From positions 90,001 through 122,000 of the forward strand of contig NC_005072.1 of NCBI RefSeq assembly GCF_000011465.1: DNA of 32,000 nucleotides. Reading direction: 5' to 3'. Made by a program: the position numbers and the translations under genes. A model generated the notes under the pieces. That model was not told the origin of the DNA and did not search any database. It worked only from the letters and a program-made list of their open reading frames with translations. Of the stretch, positions 7,375-16,022 are shown in pieces. Position 1 is the first letter of the stretch; every line of letters begins with the position of its first letter. Origin of the DNA: Prochlorococcus marinus subsp. pastoris str. CCMP1986. Its GTDB lineage: Bacteria > Cyanobacteriota > Cyanobacteriia > PCC-6307 > Cyanobiaceae.

Positions 7375-7701
7375 TCACTTAATTTCCTCTGCTTTTACTT
7401 CAATTGTAGTTTCGCTGGGTTTTTTCAAAATTTCTGAGCTTTTTGAATTTGTATTTTCTAAATCTGCACCACAATTCATGCAGGTATTATTAATTCCTAA
7501 AGTCACAGTGCCACACTGATTACAAGTATTTACTTTTGACTTTAAGGAATTAAAACTTATCAATAAAACAGCAAGTATTAAAAGAGGAATTAAAAATATA
7601 AGTAATAAAAGATTTCCGATAAGATTTAAAAAAAAGTTAAATCCAAAAAGGGAAATTAATATTAAAAAAATTAAAGAGTAGGTGAATAAATTTTTGTTCA
7701 T
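7375..7701 (-). CDS. Membrane-anchored zinc-ribbon protein (108 aa)
   Basis: Two N-terminal TM helices (YSLIFLILISLFGFNFFLNLI and LLLLIFLIPLLILAVLLISF) are followed by CNQCGTVTLGINNTCMNCG (CxxC-x11-CxxC) and an acidic/lysine-rich tail. Confidence 0.6.
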   Translation of the reverse strand: MNKNLFTYSLIFLILISLFGFNFFLNLIGNLLLLIFLIPLLILAVLLISFNSLKSKVNTCNQCGTVTLGINNTCMNCGADLENTNSKSSEILKKPSETTIEVKAEEIK

Positions 7702-7733
7702 TTTAGAAAAGGAAACATGTGATTCTTTTAGAA

Positions 7734-8660
7734 TTAATTTTTTCTTCTCCTGCTTGTTAAAGACATACTAGCTATAACCACACTCCAACATTGTCCAAAA
7801 TATAAAACGACGCCTAATAGCCAAACCCATAAAGTTAGTACTAAAAAACCTCCAATAAAACCATATGCTTGAAATCTTGTCCCAAGGGAAAGAATACTTT
7901 TACTTACTGCTAGATTAAGAGTAGTTAGCCCAATTCCAATCAGAATTGAACCAGGGATTAGTGGTTTTAAAGGAACTTTTCTACTAGGCAATAGTGCTTG
8001 AAGTAATAAAGCCATTAATGAAAATCCTACCAGTGGCAAAGCAAATTGACCAACTTGTAAGAGTGGTAATTTTATAATGAATTCAGATATGAAATTACTA
8101 GAATTTGATATCTTTTCTAAAACAGTAGTTGGAATCATTCTGAGGTTTGCACTGATTTGATCTAATACCATTAAAAACCCTATAAAAAATACTACCAAGA
8201 AAGCTTCAATTCTGTTCCTAAGAAATCTTGATGCTTGCTCTTGCCAGGCAGAGTTTATTCTTCTTGAAGGTAGCTGATCTTCCCATAGCCTATCTGAACC
8301 TCTTTGAAGTGATAAGTAGGCGTTGCCAGCAGTAAATAGTAAAAACATAGCTCCTAAAATACCTGCTCCAAAGCCTTGGTCAATTAAGTTAAATAATGTT
8401 GTTTCAACTAATTCAACAACCGATGGAGGTAAAATTTGAGCGGCAACAGATATTATTTGTTGATCTAAACCATCTTGCTTACCTAGAAACCAAGAAGCTA
8501 TTGAAAGAGAAATAAGGAGTATTGGAAAGAATGACTGAAGAGTGTAATAAGCAAAAGCAGCGCTTAAATCAATACAATCCGATTTACTCCATCTTTCACA
8601 AGCTCCCCATAAACTTTTAATAATCCATGTTGTACTGCGCTGGATATTGATTCTCTTCAA
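7734..8660 (-). CDS. YihY/BrkB (formerly 'ribonuclease BN-like') family integral membrane protein
   Basis: TTG start. The N-terminal region has AAFAYYTLQSFFPILL, typical of the family, followed by about six TM segments and a basic C-terminus. Confidence 0.78.
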   Translation of the reverse strand: MKRINIQRSTTWIIKSLWGACERWSKSDCIDLSAAFAYYTLQSFFPILLISLSIASWFLGKQDGLDQQIISVAAQILPPSVVELVETTLFNLIDQGFGAGILGAMFLLFTAGNAYLSLQRGSDRLWEDQLPSRRINSAWQEQASRFLRNRIEAFLVVFFIGFLMVLDQISANLRMIPTTVLEKISNSSNFISEFIIKLPLLQVGQFALPLVGFSLMALLLQALLPSRKVPLKPLIPGSILIGIGLTTLNLAVSKSILSLGTRFQAYGFIGGFLVLTLWVWLLGVVLYFGQCWSVVIASMSLTSRRRKN

Positions 8661-8734
8661 ATACTTATTCCAAAATCTTTTTTATTCTATCCAATAGGGA
8701 TATTTTTCAAGTCTTTTATATATTTATGATGCAA

Positions 8735-9532
8735 CTAATTTTCCAATAATAAATTGCCCCATGGTCTTAATACTTTCATTTTTTCTTTTGTTATGGAGGC
8801 AATTAAGGGAAAATTAGTATCTTGTAAATCTTGTTTTGCAGTTAAATGCATAGGGTTTATTTCTAACCATTCAATTGAACAATTTAGCTCCTCAAGTAAT
8901 AGCCATGCTGCCGCAATGTCCCATATTTTAGGAGTTGATTCTATTGCCCCAAAAGTTTGTCCCATTGCAACGCTTGTTAAATTTAAACTGGATACACCAA
9001 GAAGTCTTATTTTCCCAGGAAATATAGAACTAGGATTTTTTTGTAAAATTTTAATAGATCTACTGCATAAAGATACGCATTCACTTTTTTGATTATTATT
9101 AACCTCAATTTTCTTGTTGTTAAGCCAAACACCTTCTCCTTTGATTGCTACAAATTTTTTCTTTAATGTAGGAATGATTAAAAAAGAAGATTGAGGGGTA
9201 CCATCCACAAATCTTGCTACCGAAATAGACCAATATGGAATTCCTGCAGCAAAATTTGTCGTCCCATCAAGAGGATCTACTATCCAATAAGCATTTGTAT
9301 TAGGAACTATCTTTCCTCCCTCTTCACTTAGAACCCCTTCATTTGGAGCAATTTTAGATAGAGCTCCTACTATTGTTTTATCGCTCCATAAATCACAACT
9401 AGTGATTAACGAACCATCTGACTTGTTGCTAGCACTGATGTTTCCAAAATCTTTTAATTGGCGATCACTAACCAATTCAAATAAAGATTCTAAATCTTTT
9501 AACTGTTGACTGGTTAAATTATTCTTATTCAT
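8735..9532 (-). CDS. Inositol-monophosphatase-family phosphatase (SuhB/CysQ/HisN-like; substrate not assignable)
   Basis: Metal-binding motifs LSEE and WIVDPLDGTTNF, plus a WDIAA motif near the C-terminus. I prefer the ATG at 9532 (MNKNNLTSQQ..., 2 nt after the upstream stop) over the TTG at 9547 used by the ORF track. Confidence 0.85.
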   Translation of the reverse strand: MNKNNLTSQQLKDLESLFELVSDRQLKDFGNISASNKSDGSLITSCDLWSDKTIVGALSKIAPNEGVLSEEGGKIVPNTNAYWIVDPLDGTTNFAAGIPYWSISVARFVDGTPQSSFLIIPTLKKKFVAIKGEGVWLNNKKIEVNNNQKSECVSLCSRSIKILQKNPSSIFPGKIRLLGVSSLNLTSVAMGQTFGAIESTPKIWDIAAAWLLLEELNCSIEWLEINPMHLTAKQDLQDTNFPLIASITKEKMKVLRPWGNLLLEN

Positions 9533-9534
9533 AT

Positions 9535-10965
9535 TCAGATATTGCAAATAGATTGAATTTCATTTTTGATAAGATTATTTTCCTCGTTACAAATATTACT
9601 TATTTCAAGAAAAGTCAATCTAACTAATTCATCTAAATTTAAATTGTAATTATAAATTGAATCAATTTTTTTTGAATTAGCATTACTTAACTCTTTTTGT
9701 CTTACAAGAACATCTTTTAGTGTAGATATTCCTATGTCATATCTTAATCTTGCTAATCTTAAGGATTCTTCTGTAGAAGAAATTTCTTTTAGAGATGAAA
9801 GAATTTTTTCCTCATTTAATTTTAAATTCAAATAAGCTTTACTAATATTTGTCTTTAAAACATTTTCAATATTTTTATAGGAGTAATCTTCGGATTTTAC
9901 ATCAGCTTTGCTTGATTTATATAAATTTTTATTTTGCCCGCCGTCAAAAATATTCCAACTAAAGTTTAAGCTTACAGTATTTGTATATGAAGATCCAGAT
10001 TTTTCAGGGTCTATTTTGACTGACAAAGAGTCACCCTTAGAAAACGAACTAGTAAAATTATTACTTATATAAACATTTGGCTTGTAAACATTCAAATAAT
10101 TCTTAGCTTGATTTTCTTTGATTGATTTTTTTAGATTAATATTTTTGAGGGAAAGGCTATTTGCCAAACCCTCAGTAATATTCTTGTTTAATTTATGGTT
10201 CCAGAAACCTATTAATTTTTGCTTTTGATTAATCTCGAAGTCCCCATTTATATTTAAGATTTCTTTTAGTTCAATTTTATTAATCTGATTCTGAATTTTT
10301 TTCTCATTTAGTGATTGCATATCTCTAGATAATTGTGCTTCAGCTTCAAGAACCTCAAATTTTGTTCCTATCCCTGCATCAAATTTTGACTGAGCATCTT
10401 TCAAACTAGTAATTGATAAATCAAGAGATAATGTTTTGTTTTTAATATCCTGATAAGACTTTTGTAATTTGTGATATCTAGATTTTGCCTCTTTTATGAG
10501 ATCTTTCTTTTTAATCTCATAATTATTTTTAGCTATTGCGTAATTATTTCTAGCTATTTTAATTTCAGATCCCCTTAGAGGGTCTATTAAGTCTAATTTA
10601 ATATTAAGGGATGGATTTGCTGAAAATTGGGAAGTTTTTGTAGTAGATGAGCTACTGTTATAATTTTTACCCGAAGTATATTTTGGTAATCCACTGGCTT
10701 GCAAATCTAATGAGGGATATCTTTTAGCGATTTTGCTCGAAAGAGTAAACATTGTTGAATTGACTAAACTTTCTAATGCTTTAAGTTCTCGATTATTCTT
10801 TAGAGTAATATTATCTATATCTGAATAATTAAGGAATATTTGGTTTTCGTTTTCATGAAGGATTTCTTCAATACTATTATTAGCCTTACTTAATAATGCT
10901 TCTTGAGAATTAATATACAAACAAAAAGGCAAAATTAAAATTGGATGTATAAGTTTTCTAAGCAT
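9535..10965 (-). CDS. TolC-like outer-membrane efflux/secretion channel protein
   Basis: N-terminal signal peptide (ILILPFCLYINSQEA). The 476-aa protein is rich in K, N and S, with two internally similar halves of long heptad-like helices alternating with short beta segments (YPSLDLQASG..., YKPNVYISNNF...), as in outer-membrane factor proteins. Confidence 0.72.
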   Translation of the reverse strand: MLRKLIHPILILPFCLYINSQEALLSKANNSIEEILHENENQIFLNYSDIDNITLKNNRELKALESLVNSTMFTLSSKIAKRYPSLDLQASGLPKYTSGKNYNSSSSTTKTSQFSANPSLNIKLDLIDPLRGSEIKIARNNYAIAKNNYEIKKKDLIKEAKSRYHKLQKSYQDIKNKTLSLDLSITSLKDAQSKFDAGIGTKFEVLEAEAQLSRDMQSLNEKKIQNQINKIELKEILNINGDFEINQKQKLIGFWNHKLNKNITEGLANSLSLKNINLKKSIKENQAKNYLNVYKPNVYISNNFTSSFSKGDSLSVKIDPEKSGSSYTNTVSLNFSWNIFDGGQNKNLYKSSKADVKSEDYSYKNIENVLKTNISKAYLNLKLNEEKILSSLKEISSTEESLRLARLRYDIGISTLKDVLVRQKELSNANSKKIDSIYNYNLNLDELVRLTFLEISNICNEENNLIKNEIQSICNI

Positions 10966-12370
10966 AATTAGGTATTTCTTTTGTTTTAGATAAACCGATT
11001 AGATTACTAATAATATCATTTGTATCATCAAGAACGTGAATATTAGTTTTCAGTTTATTTGAAACTTCAGTTATATTTTTGTCATCCAAAAACAAATCAC
11101 TATTAAGCTTTAACATTATCGATGGTATAAATATACTTTCTCCTAGATCCTTATTTTGTAGTCCAATAATTAAATCTTCACCAGTTAAAAGCCCTGTTAC
11201 AACTTGATCTTGCCCCCAGTAAACACTTGGCAAACCATATAGATTAATTCTGAGGCCATCAATTTTATTAAGTTTTTTCACTGTTGGAAGCAGTGCTTCA
11301 TAAACTAATTTCCCAACAACCCAACTGACTTTTCTTTGTTTATCTATTTTTTCAGGAAGAGATTTTGTTTTAGTTTCTAATGTTTTAAGAAAACTTCGTA
11401 TTGAACCAACTCCATTAGATTCTTGGGGCATATTTTCATATGTTTTATAGCTTGGTAATTTGAGACCAGCTATTAAGTACCATTCGTCGGCAAGCCAACA
11501 AAACCGAGTTCCAATACTTTTTTGTAGAGAGGTTTGAAATTTTTCAACTTGTTGAATAATTTTTCTTGCATATTTTTTGCTTATCGCTATTAAGCCATCG
11601 TTTTCAGGCCTAAACTTTGTGAGGCCTACTGGAACTATGGCTGTTGAAAGTACCGTTTTAAAACTTTTTTTATGAAATTTTGCAAGATCGTAAATAGATT
11701 TTTCTAAGATTTTACCATCATTAATTTCGGGACATACAACTATTTGCGCGTGTATCTGGATTGAATTTTGTTCTAACCATTCAATTTGTTCAAGAATTTG
11801 ACTTGCTTTTTTATTTTTTAATAATTTTTCTCGGGTCTTTGGGTCAGTGGCATGTATTGAAATAAAAAGCGGTGAGAGTTTTTGTGTTGATATTCTATTC
11901 CAGTCATCTTTATTTAAATTGGTTAGGGTTAGATATGAACCATATAGAAAACTTAATCTATAGTCATCATCTTTTACGTAAAGACTTTTTCTTTTACCAT
12001 TTGGTTGTTGATCTATAAAGCAAAAAGGACACTTATTATTACATTGTTTGATTGAGTCAAATAATGCATCTTTAAAATTAATTCCTAAATTGTCATCTTG
12101 ATCTTTTTCAATACTAATGTTGTGAATCTTCTTGTTTTTATCCAATACCGATATATCTAAAATTTCTTCACTAATCAGGATCTGATAATCAATTAAGTCT
12201 CTAGGTTTCTTACCATTAATACTAATAATCGAATCACCTGATTCAAAGCCTATTTCTTCAGCAATAGAATTATTTTCAATACTTTCAATTTCTGCTGGAT
12301 TAATTTGGTAGTTAATATTCGGAATCAAAAGATCATTAGAATCCTCTTTATAATTAATTTCTTTCCACAC
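10958..12370 (-). CDS. PDZ domain + radical-SAM protein (DUF512-type Fe-S oxidoreductase)
   Basis: N-terminal PDZ-like segment (IAEEIGFESGDSIISINGKKPRDLIDYQ). Radical-SAM cluster motif CNNKCPFC (Cx3Cx2C). Long C-terminal domain as in DUF512 proteins (family name from memory). Confidence 0.8.
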   Translation of the reverse strand: MWKEINYKEDSNDLLIPNINYQINPAEIESIENNSIAEEIGFESGDSIISINGKKPRDLIDYQILISEEILDISVLDKNKKIHNISIEKDQDDNLGINFKDALFDSIKQCNNKCPFCFIDQQPNGKRKSLYVKDDDYRLSFLYGSYLTLTNLNKDDWNRISTQKLSPLFISIHATDPKTREKLLKNKKASQILEQIEWLEQNSIQIHAQIVVCPEINDGKILEKSIYDLAKFHKKSFKTVLSTAIVPVGLTKFRPENDGLIAISKKYARKIIQQVEKFQTSLQKSIGTRFCWLADEWYLIAGLKLPSYKTYENMPQESNGVGSIRSFLKTLETKTKSLPEKIDKQRKVSWVVGKLVYEALLPTVKKLNKIDGLRINLYGLPSVYWGQDQVVTGLLTGEDLIIGLQNKDLGESIFIPSIMLKLNSDLFLDDKNITEVSNKLKTNIHVLDDTNDIISNLIGLSKTKEIPNYA

Positions 12371-12556
12371 AATTAAAGACCAATCTTTTATCTTTATATT
12401 TATTGTAAACTCATATAAGACTCAAAGTATATTAAATACTCTTAAAATACTAAATATGATTAATTTATTTCAACTATTAAATTAATAAAATATGTCATCT
12501 GCATTTTTATTAAACTAGACATAAATTAATTCAAAAATTTTAAAAGCCTTAATGCA

Positions 12557-13324
12557 TTGGAAGAATTAATTACTAAAAAATTAGAAGTGAATGATAATTT
12601 GAAATCTAGATTTCATAATGGATTCAATATTGTTAAAAGTACTTTTTTATCTAGCCCAATTGCTTTGAGACTATGGTCCTCTTTTTTTGTAATTTTACCA
12701 ATTTTTGTACAGGCACCATGGGTTAGATTTGCTCCTATTAGTGCTCTTTGCGCTACTTTTTTTATCCTTGCTGCGGCTTTTTTATTGTCTAGAAAAGAGG
12801 GAGATAAATGGTTTATTGTAGGCTCGTTATTATTAGGAGTCACGGGAAGTTGGCTTGGAGGTTGTTTATTTTGGGGCTGGTTAAGTGCTTATCCTATTCT
12901 CCATATCCCAGTTGAAGCAGTTGCATTGCCTCTTGCTATTGTCGGACTGGGAACAAAATGGAAAATCGGTTCAAGTTTTTATATCTCGTCTTTATTCGGA
13001 ACGGCGATTACAGATTTGACAATATTTTTGACAGGAATAATGGATCAATGGAAGGAGGTTATTATTGCGGATTCTGATAATGCTCCATTAATACTTCAGA
13101 AAACTTCCGAAAATCTTATTCAGTTTAAATCTTTGTCTATTATTATTTTGGCGGCATTAATACTTTGGTTCATATCAAAAGAAATTTTTAATTACGCTAC
13201 ATCAAATTCGATAAATGGAAAGGCTTTTTTGGTATCAAGTTATGTAATTCAAACTACCTTAATAGTTGATGGTATTTTTATTATGCTAGCAATTATTCAA
13301 CCAACACTAAGTGGTTTGGTTTAA
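12557..13324 (+). CDS. Polytopic membrane protein, cyanobacterial DUF3120-like (family name tentative)
   Basis: TTG start. About six to seven hydrophobic helices. Its stop overlaps the nadB ATG (TAATG). Confidence 0.6.
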   Translation: MEELITKKLEVNDNLKSRFHNGFNIVKSTFLSSPIALRLWSSFFVILPIFVQAPWVRFAPISALCATFFILAAAFLLSRKEGDKWFIVGSLLLGVTGSWLGGCLFWGWLSAYPILHIPVEAVALPLAIVGLGTKWKIGSSFYISSLFGTAITDLTIFLTGIMDQWKEVIIADSDNAPLILQKTSENLIQFKSLSIIILAALILWFISKEIFNYATSNSINGKAFLVSSYVIQTTLIVDGIFIMLAIIQPTLSGLV

Positions 13325-14991
13325 TGCTAAGACCGCCATTTTCGCAAGAATCAATATCTATTGATAAATGGGATGTGATTGTCATTGGTGCAGGAGCAGC
13401 TGGTTTAATGACTTGTTTGGAATTGCCAGAAAATTTAAATGTCCTTCTTTTAAATAGGAATACAAGTAAAAGATCATCTAGTAGATGGGCCCAAGGAGGG
13501 ATTGCATCAGTAGTTAGACCTGAAGATTCTTTTGCTCTTCATGTTGAAGACACCTTAAAAGCTGGAGATGATTTGTGTGACTTATCTGCTGTTGAAATGC
13601 TTGTGAAAGATGCTCCTGGTTGCGTTGATAGGTTACAAAATTTAGGTATGATTTTTGATCAGAGCTCAGATCAACTATCAACAACTTTAGAAGCGGCCCA
13701 TTCTTGTAGAAGAGTTTTGCATGTTAAAGATAGAACAGGTAGAGCACTTGTAGAAGTCTTAGAGGATCATATCGAAAACAAGGAGAATATTTTGCATTGT
13801 CGAGGTGTAAGAGTAACAGAATTGCTTATTGAAAAGGAAGTATGTAAAGGAGTTCAGGTATTAGATGGATCTAATTTATATTGGATTACTTCTAAAGCTG
13901 TTGTTTTAGCCACAGGAGGAGGGGGACACTTATTTACTAATACTACAAATCCTGCCCAATCTGCTGGGGAAGGAATAGCTCTTTCATGGAAAGCTGGAGT
14001 TGCAATAGAGGATTTAGAATTTATTCAATTTCATCCTACGGCATTAAAGTTTTATGGTTCTCCCTGCTTTCTAATCTCTGAAGCCCTTAGAGGTGAGGGA
14101 GCAGTTCTCGTTGATAAGAATGGTGAGAGCCCAGTAAAGCATTTGGAAAATGGTGATCTAGCTACAAGAGATCAAGTTAGTAGAGCAATTATGAATAATA
14201 TGCAAGAAAACGATGTTGATCATGTTGGTTTGGATTTAAGATTTATTGATCCAGAAAAAATTGTAGAAAGATTTCCTATGATTATAAGTAGATGTCAAGA
14301 TTATGGAGTTAATCCTTTAAATGAGGTGATTCCTGTTGCGCCAGCAGCTCACTATTGGATGGGAGGTGTTCATACCGATTTAAATGCATCTTCTACAATG
14401 AAAGGATTATATGCCGTGGGAGAAGTAGCTTCTACAGGAGTGCATGGTGCAAATAGACTAGCTAGTAATTCGCTTATGGAATGTCTAGTATTTGCAAGAA
14501 AAATGTCTTGTATCGAGTTGAATGCTCCTTATAACCTAAGAAGGTTAGATAGATATACTACGGAAATTTTTATGGATAATCCAAAGGAAGATTTTATCTT
14601 AGGTGTTTCAGATAAGATTGATAGTTTGAGAAAATTATGCTGGTCTAATTTAGGTGTCTCTCGTAATAAAAAAAATATGAATAAACTTTTAAAAACTCTT
14701 CAAGATGAGATAGATCAACTACAAAAAAATCCTTTACTTGAATGTCTTAATAAAATAGAAATTGATCAAAAATTGAAACTAAGTGAGCCAAATAGGAGAG
14801 GACTTAATTTATTGCTTGATTTGCATAATAGACAAATTACAACATTGCTATTGTTAAAAGCTTGTCTTTTTCGAGAGGAAAGTAGAGGAGGCCATTATAG
14901 GGATGATTTTCCAATTAAAGAAACAACTTGGAAATGCCATACTAGGCAGCAACTAAATCAAGAAATAATTAAAAGGTTTATTAAAAATTAG
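13324..14991 (+). CDS. nadB: L-aspartate oxidase
   Basis: FAD dinucleotide-binding motif DVIVIGAGAAGL. Further motifs WAQGGIA, LATGGGGHLF, FIQFHPT, RGEGA and GLYAVGEVASTGVHGANRLASNSL, with the C-terminal RGGHYR, are typical of NadB / succinate-dehydrogenase-flavoprotein-type enzymes. Confidence 0.93.
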   Translation: MLRPPFSQESISIDKWDVIVIGAGAAGLMTCLELPENLNVLLLNRNTSKRSSSRWAQGGIASVVRPEDSFALHVEDTLKAGDDLCDLSAVEMLVKDAPGCVDRLQNLGMIFDQSSDQLSTTLEAAHSCRRVLHVKDRTGRALVEVLEDHIENKENILHCRGVRVTELLIEKEVCKGVQVLDGSNLYWITSKAVVLATGGGGHLFTNTTNPAQSAGEGIALSWKAGVAIEDLEFIQFHPTALKFYGSPCFLISEALRGEGAVLVDKNGESPVKHLENGDLATRDQVSRAIMNNMQENDVDHVGLDLRFIDPEKIVERFPMIISRCQDYGVNPLNEVIPVAPAAHYWMGGVHTDLNASSTMKGLYAVGEVASTGVHGANRLASNSLMECLVFARKMSCIELNAPYNLRRLDRYTTEIFMDNPKEDFILGVSDKIDSLRKLCWSNLGVSRNKKNMNKLLKTLQDEIDQLQKNPLLECLNKIEIDQKLKLSEPNRRGLNLLLDLHNRQITTLLLLKACLFREESRGGHYRDDFPIKETTWKCHTRQQLNQEIIKRFIKN

Positions 14992-15916
14992 AATCGCCAT
15001 CATATTCAGTCATTATTGCTAAATCATTTAAATCTTTGACTCCACTATATATTTCACCATTAATTTCCCATGATGGAAACCCTTCAATCTGTTTTTCTCT
15101 GCAAAGTTTATATTGATTATCTTTACCGTCTTGTGCGCATTCTATAATCGATAACTCTTTAACGGCTTTTTTGCCAAATATTTGTTTTTGATCATGGCAA
15201 TGTGGGCACCAGTATGCACTGAACATTTTAATATTATTATCACTTAAAAATTTAGCAAACTTAATTTTCTGGGGTGAGCTAGTTGTAGTGATTGCAGGAG
15301 ATACTTTTTCTGTACTTTTAGAAATATCAATTGCATTAGAAGGGTCAACACTATTTGACCATATCAATCCCCCAATAAGAACTGTTAAAAAAACAATAAA
15401 TCCTCTATAAAACATAGGCTCTCTACTTTCAAACTTTGCACCAATCATAGAAATAATAAAGATAGAAATAGATAAAATTGCCGAAAGAATACAAAAAAAA
15501 CAATAAGCCTTGATTTTAAAGAACATAATATTTAGCAAAAGGATGCTAAACACAGAAGAAGCACAAGAGATTAAAAATATTGCCCACCATATAATCTTAT
15601 TTAATTTTTCTTTAGGAGAAACTAAATTCAATGATAAAAATATTGAAAATCCCAGTATTGAACCATAAGTAATTACTCCTGCTAATGAGAGAGGAATATT
15701 GAATTGACTATTATCGAATAATGTACCCCAAGGGCTATTTAAAACTGTTTCGCAACCATTTTTGATTCCAGGACATGAAAGAGAGTTAAATAATCCCCAA
15801 TTTTTTAAGGTAATAGAGCCCGTATCAACTAATCCAATGGTGCTCAGAATAGCAATTATAATTTTTGGCCATTTTAGATCTTTTTTATTTTTACTTTTCA
15901 AAGTCTTAAGAGCCAT
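14981..15916 (-). CDS. Vitamin K epoxide reductase (VKOR) homologue fused to a thioredoxin-like domain
   Basis: Four to five TM helices with loop cysteines (SCPGIKNGC) and the membrane CxxC motif (CFFC) of VKOR. The C-terminal soluble domain has WCPHC. This fusion architecture is established for cyanobacterial VKOR homologues. Confidence 0.85.
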   Translation of the reverse strand: MALKTLKSKNKKDLKWPKIIIAILSTIGLVDTGSITLKNWGLFNSLSCPGIKNGCETVLNSPWGTLFDNSQFNIPLSLAGVITYGSILGFSIFLSLNLVSPKEKLNKIIWWAIFLISCASSVFSILLLNIMFFKIKAYCFFCILSAILSISIFIISMIGAKFESREPMFYRGFIVFLTVLIGGLIWSNSVDPSNAIDISKSTEKVSPAITTTSSPQKIKFAKFLSDNNIKMFSAYWCPHCHDQKQIFGKKAVKELSIIECAQDGKDNQYKLCREKQIEGFPSWEINGEIYSGVKDLNDLAIMTEYDGDSNF

Positions 15917-16022
15917 AGATCTTTTATCTTTGTAATTTGCAGAATCTATCCTAATATTATCTTTTAATGAGACTTATTAAAAGTTTCTTTGTAAATTATT
16001 TCTTATATAATATCTAAATTAC

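Noticed and set aside
7250-7519. 89-aa plus-strand ORF listed in the track
   Set aside because: It is out of frame with, and overlaps, the textbook hli frame (7200-7346). It also runs antisense through the 3' half of the zinc-ribbon gene and has no protein-like motifs.
9533-9547. Upstream alternative starts used by the ORF track: TTG 9547 for the IMPase gene, TTG 23674 for hemD, an upstream non-ATG start at 26865 for the TPR gene, GTG 23083 for the Ycf33-like gene
   Set aside because: In each case an in-frame ATG a few codons downstream removes or shortens an overlap with the preceding gene. It also gives an N-terminus that fits the family better, for example MGQFFSNVARYP for DUF751. The longer forms cannot be excluded without N-terminal or ribosome-profiling data.
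2764-10965. Nif11-like leader, ABC protein (3215-4837) and TolC-like protein (9535-10965) considered together as a peptide-bacteriocin export system
   Set aside because: The ABC protein is an ABC-F type with no transmembrane or C39 peptidase domain, so it is a soluble translation factor rather than an exporter. The TolC-like gene is more than 6 kb away in a different operon. No modification enzyme is present.
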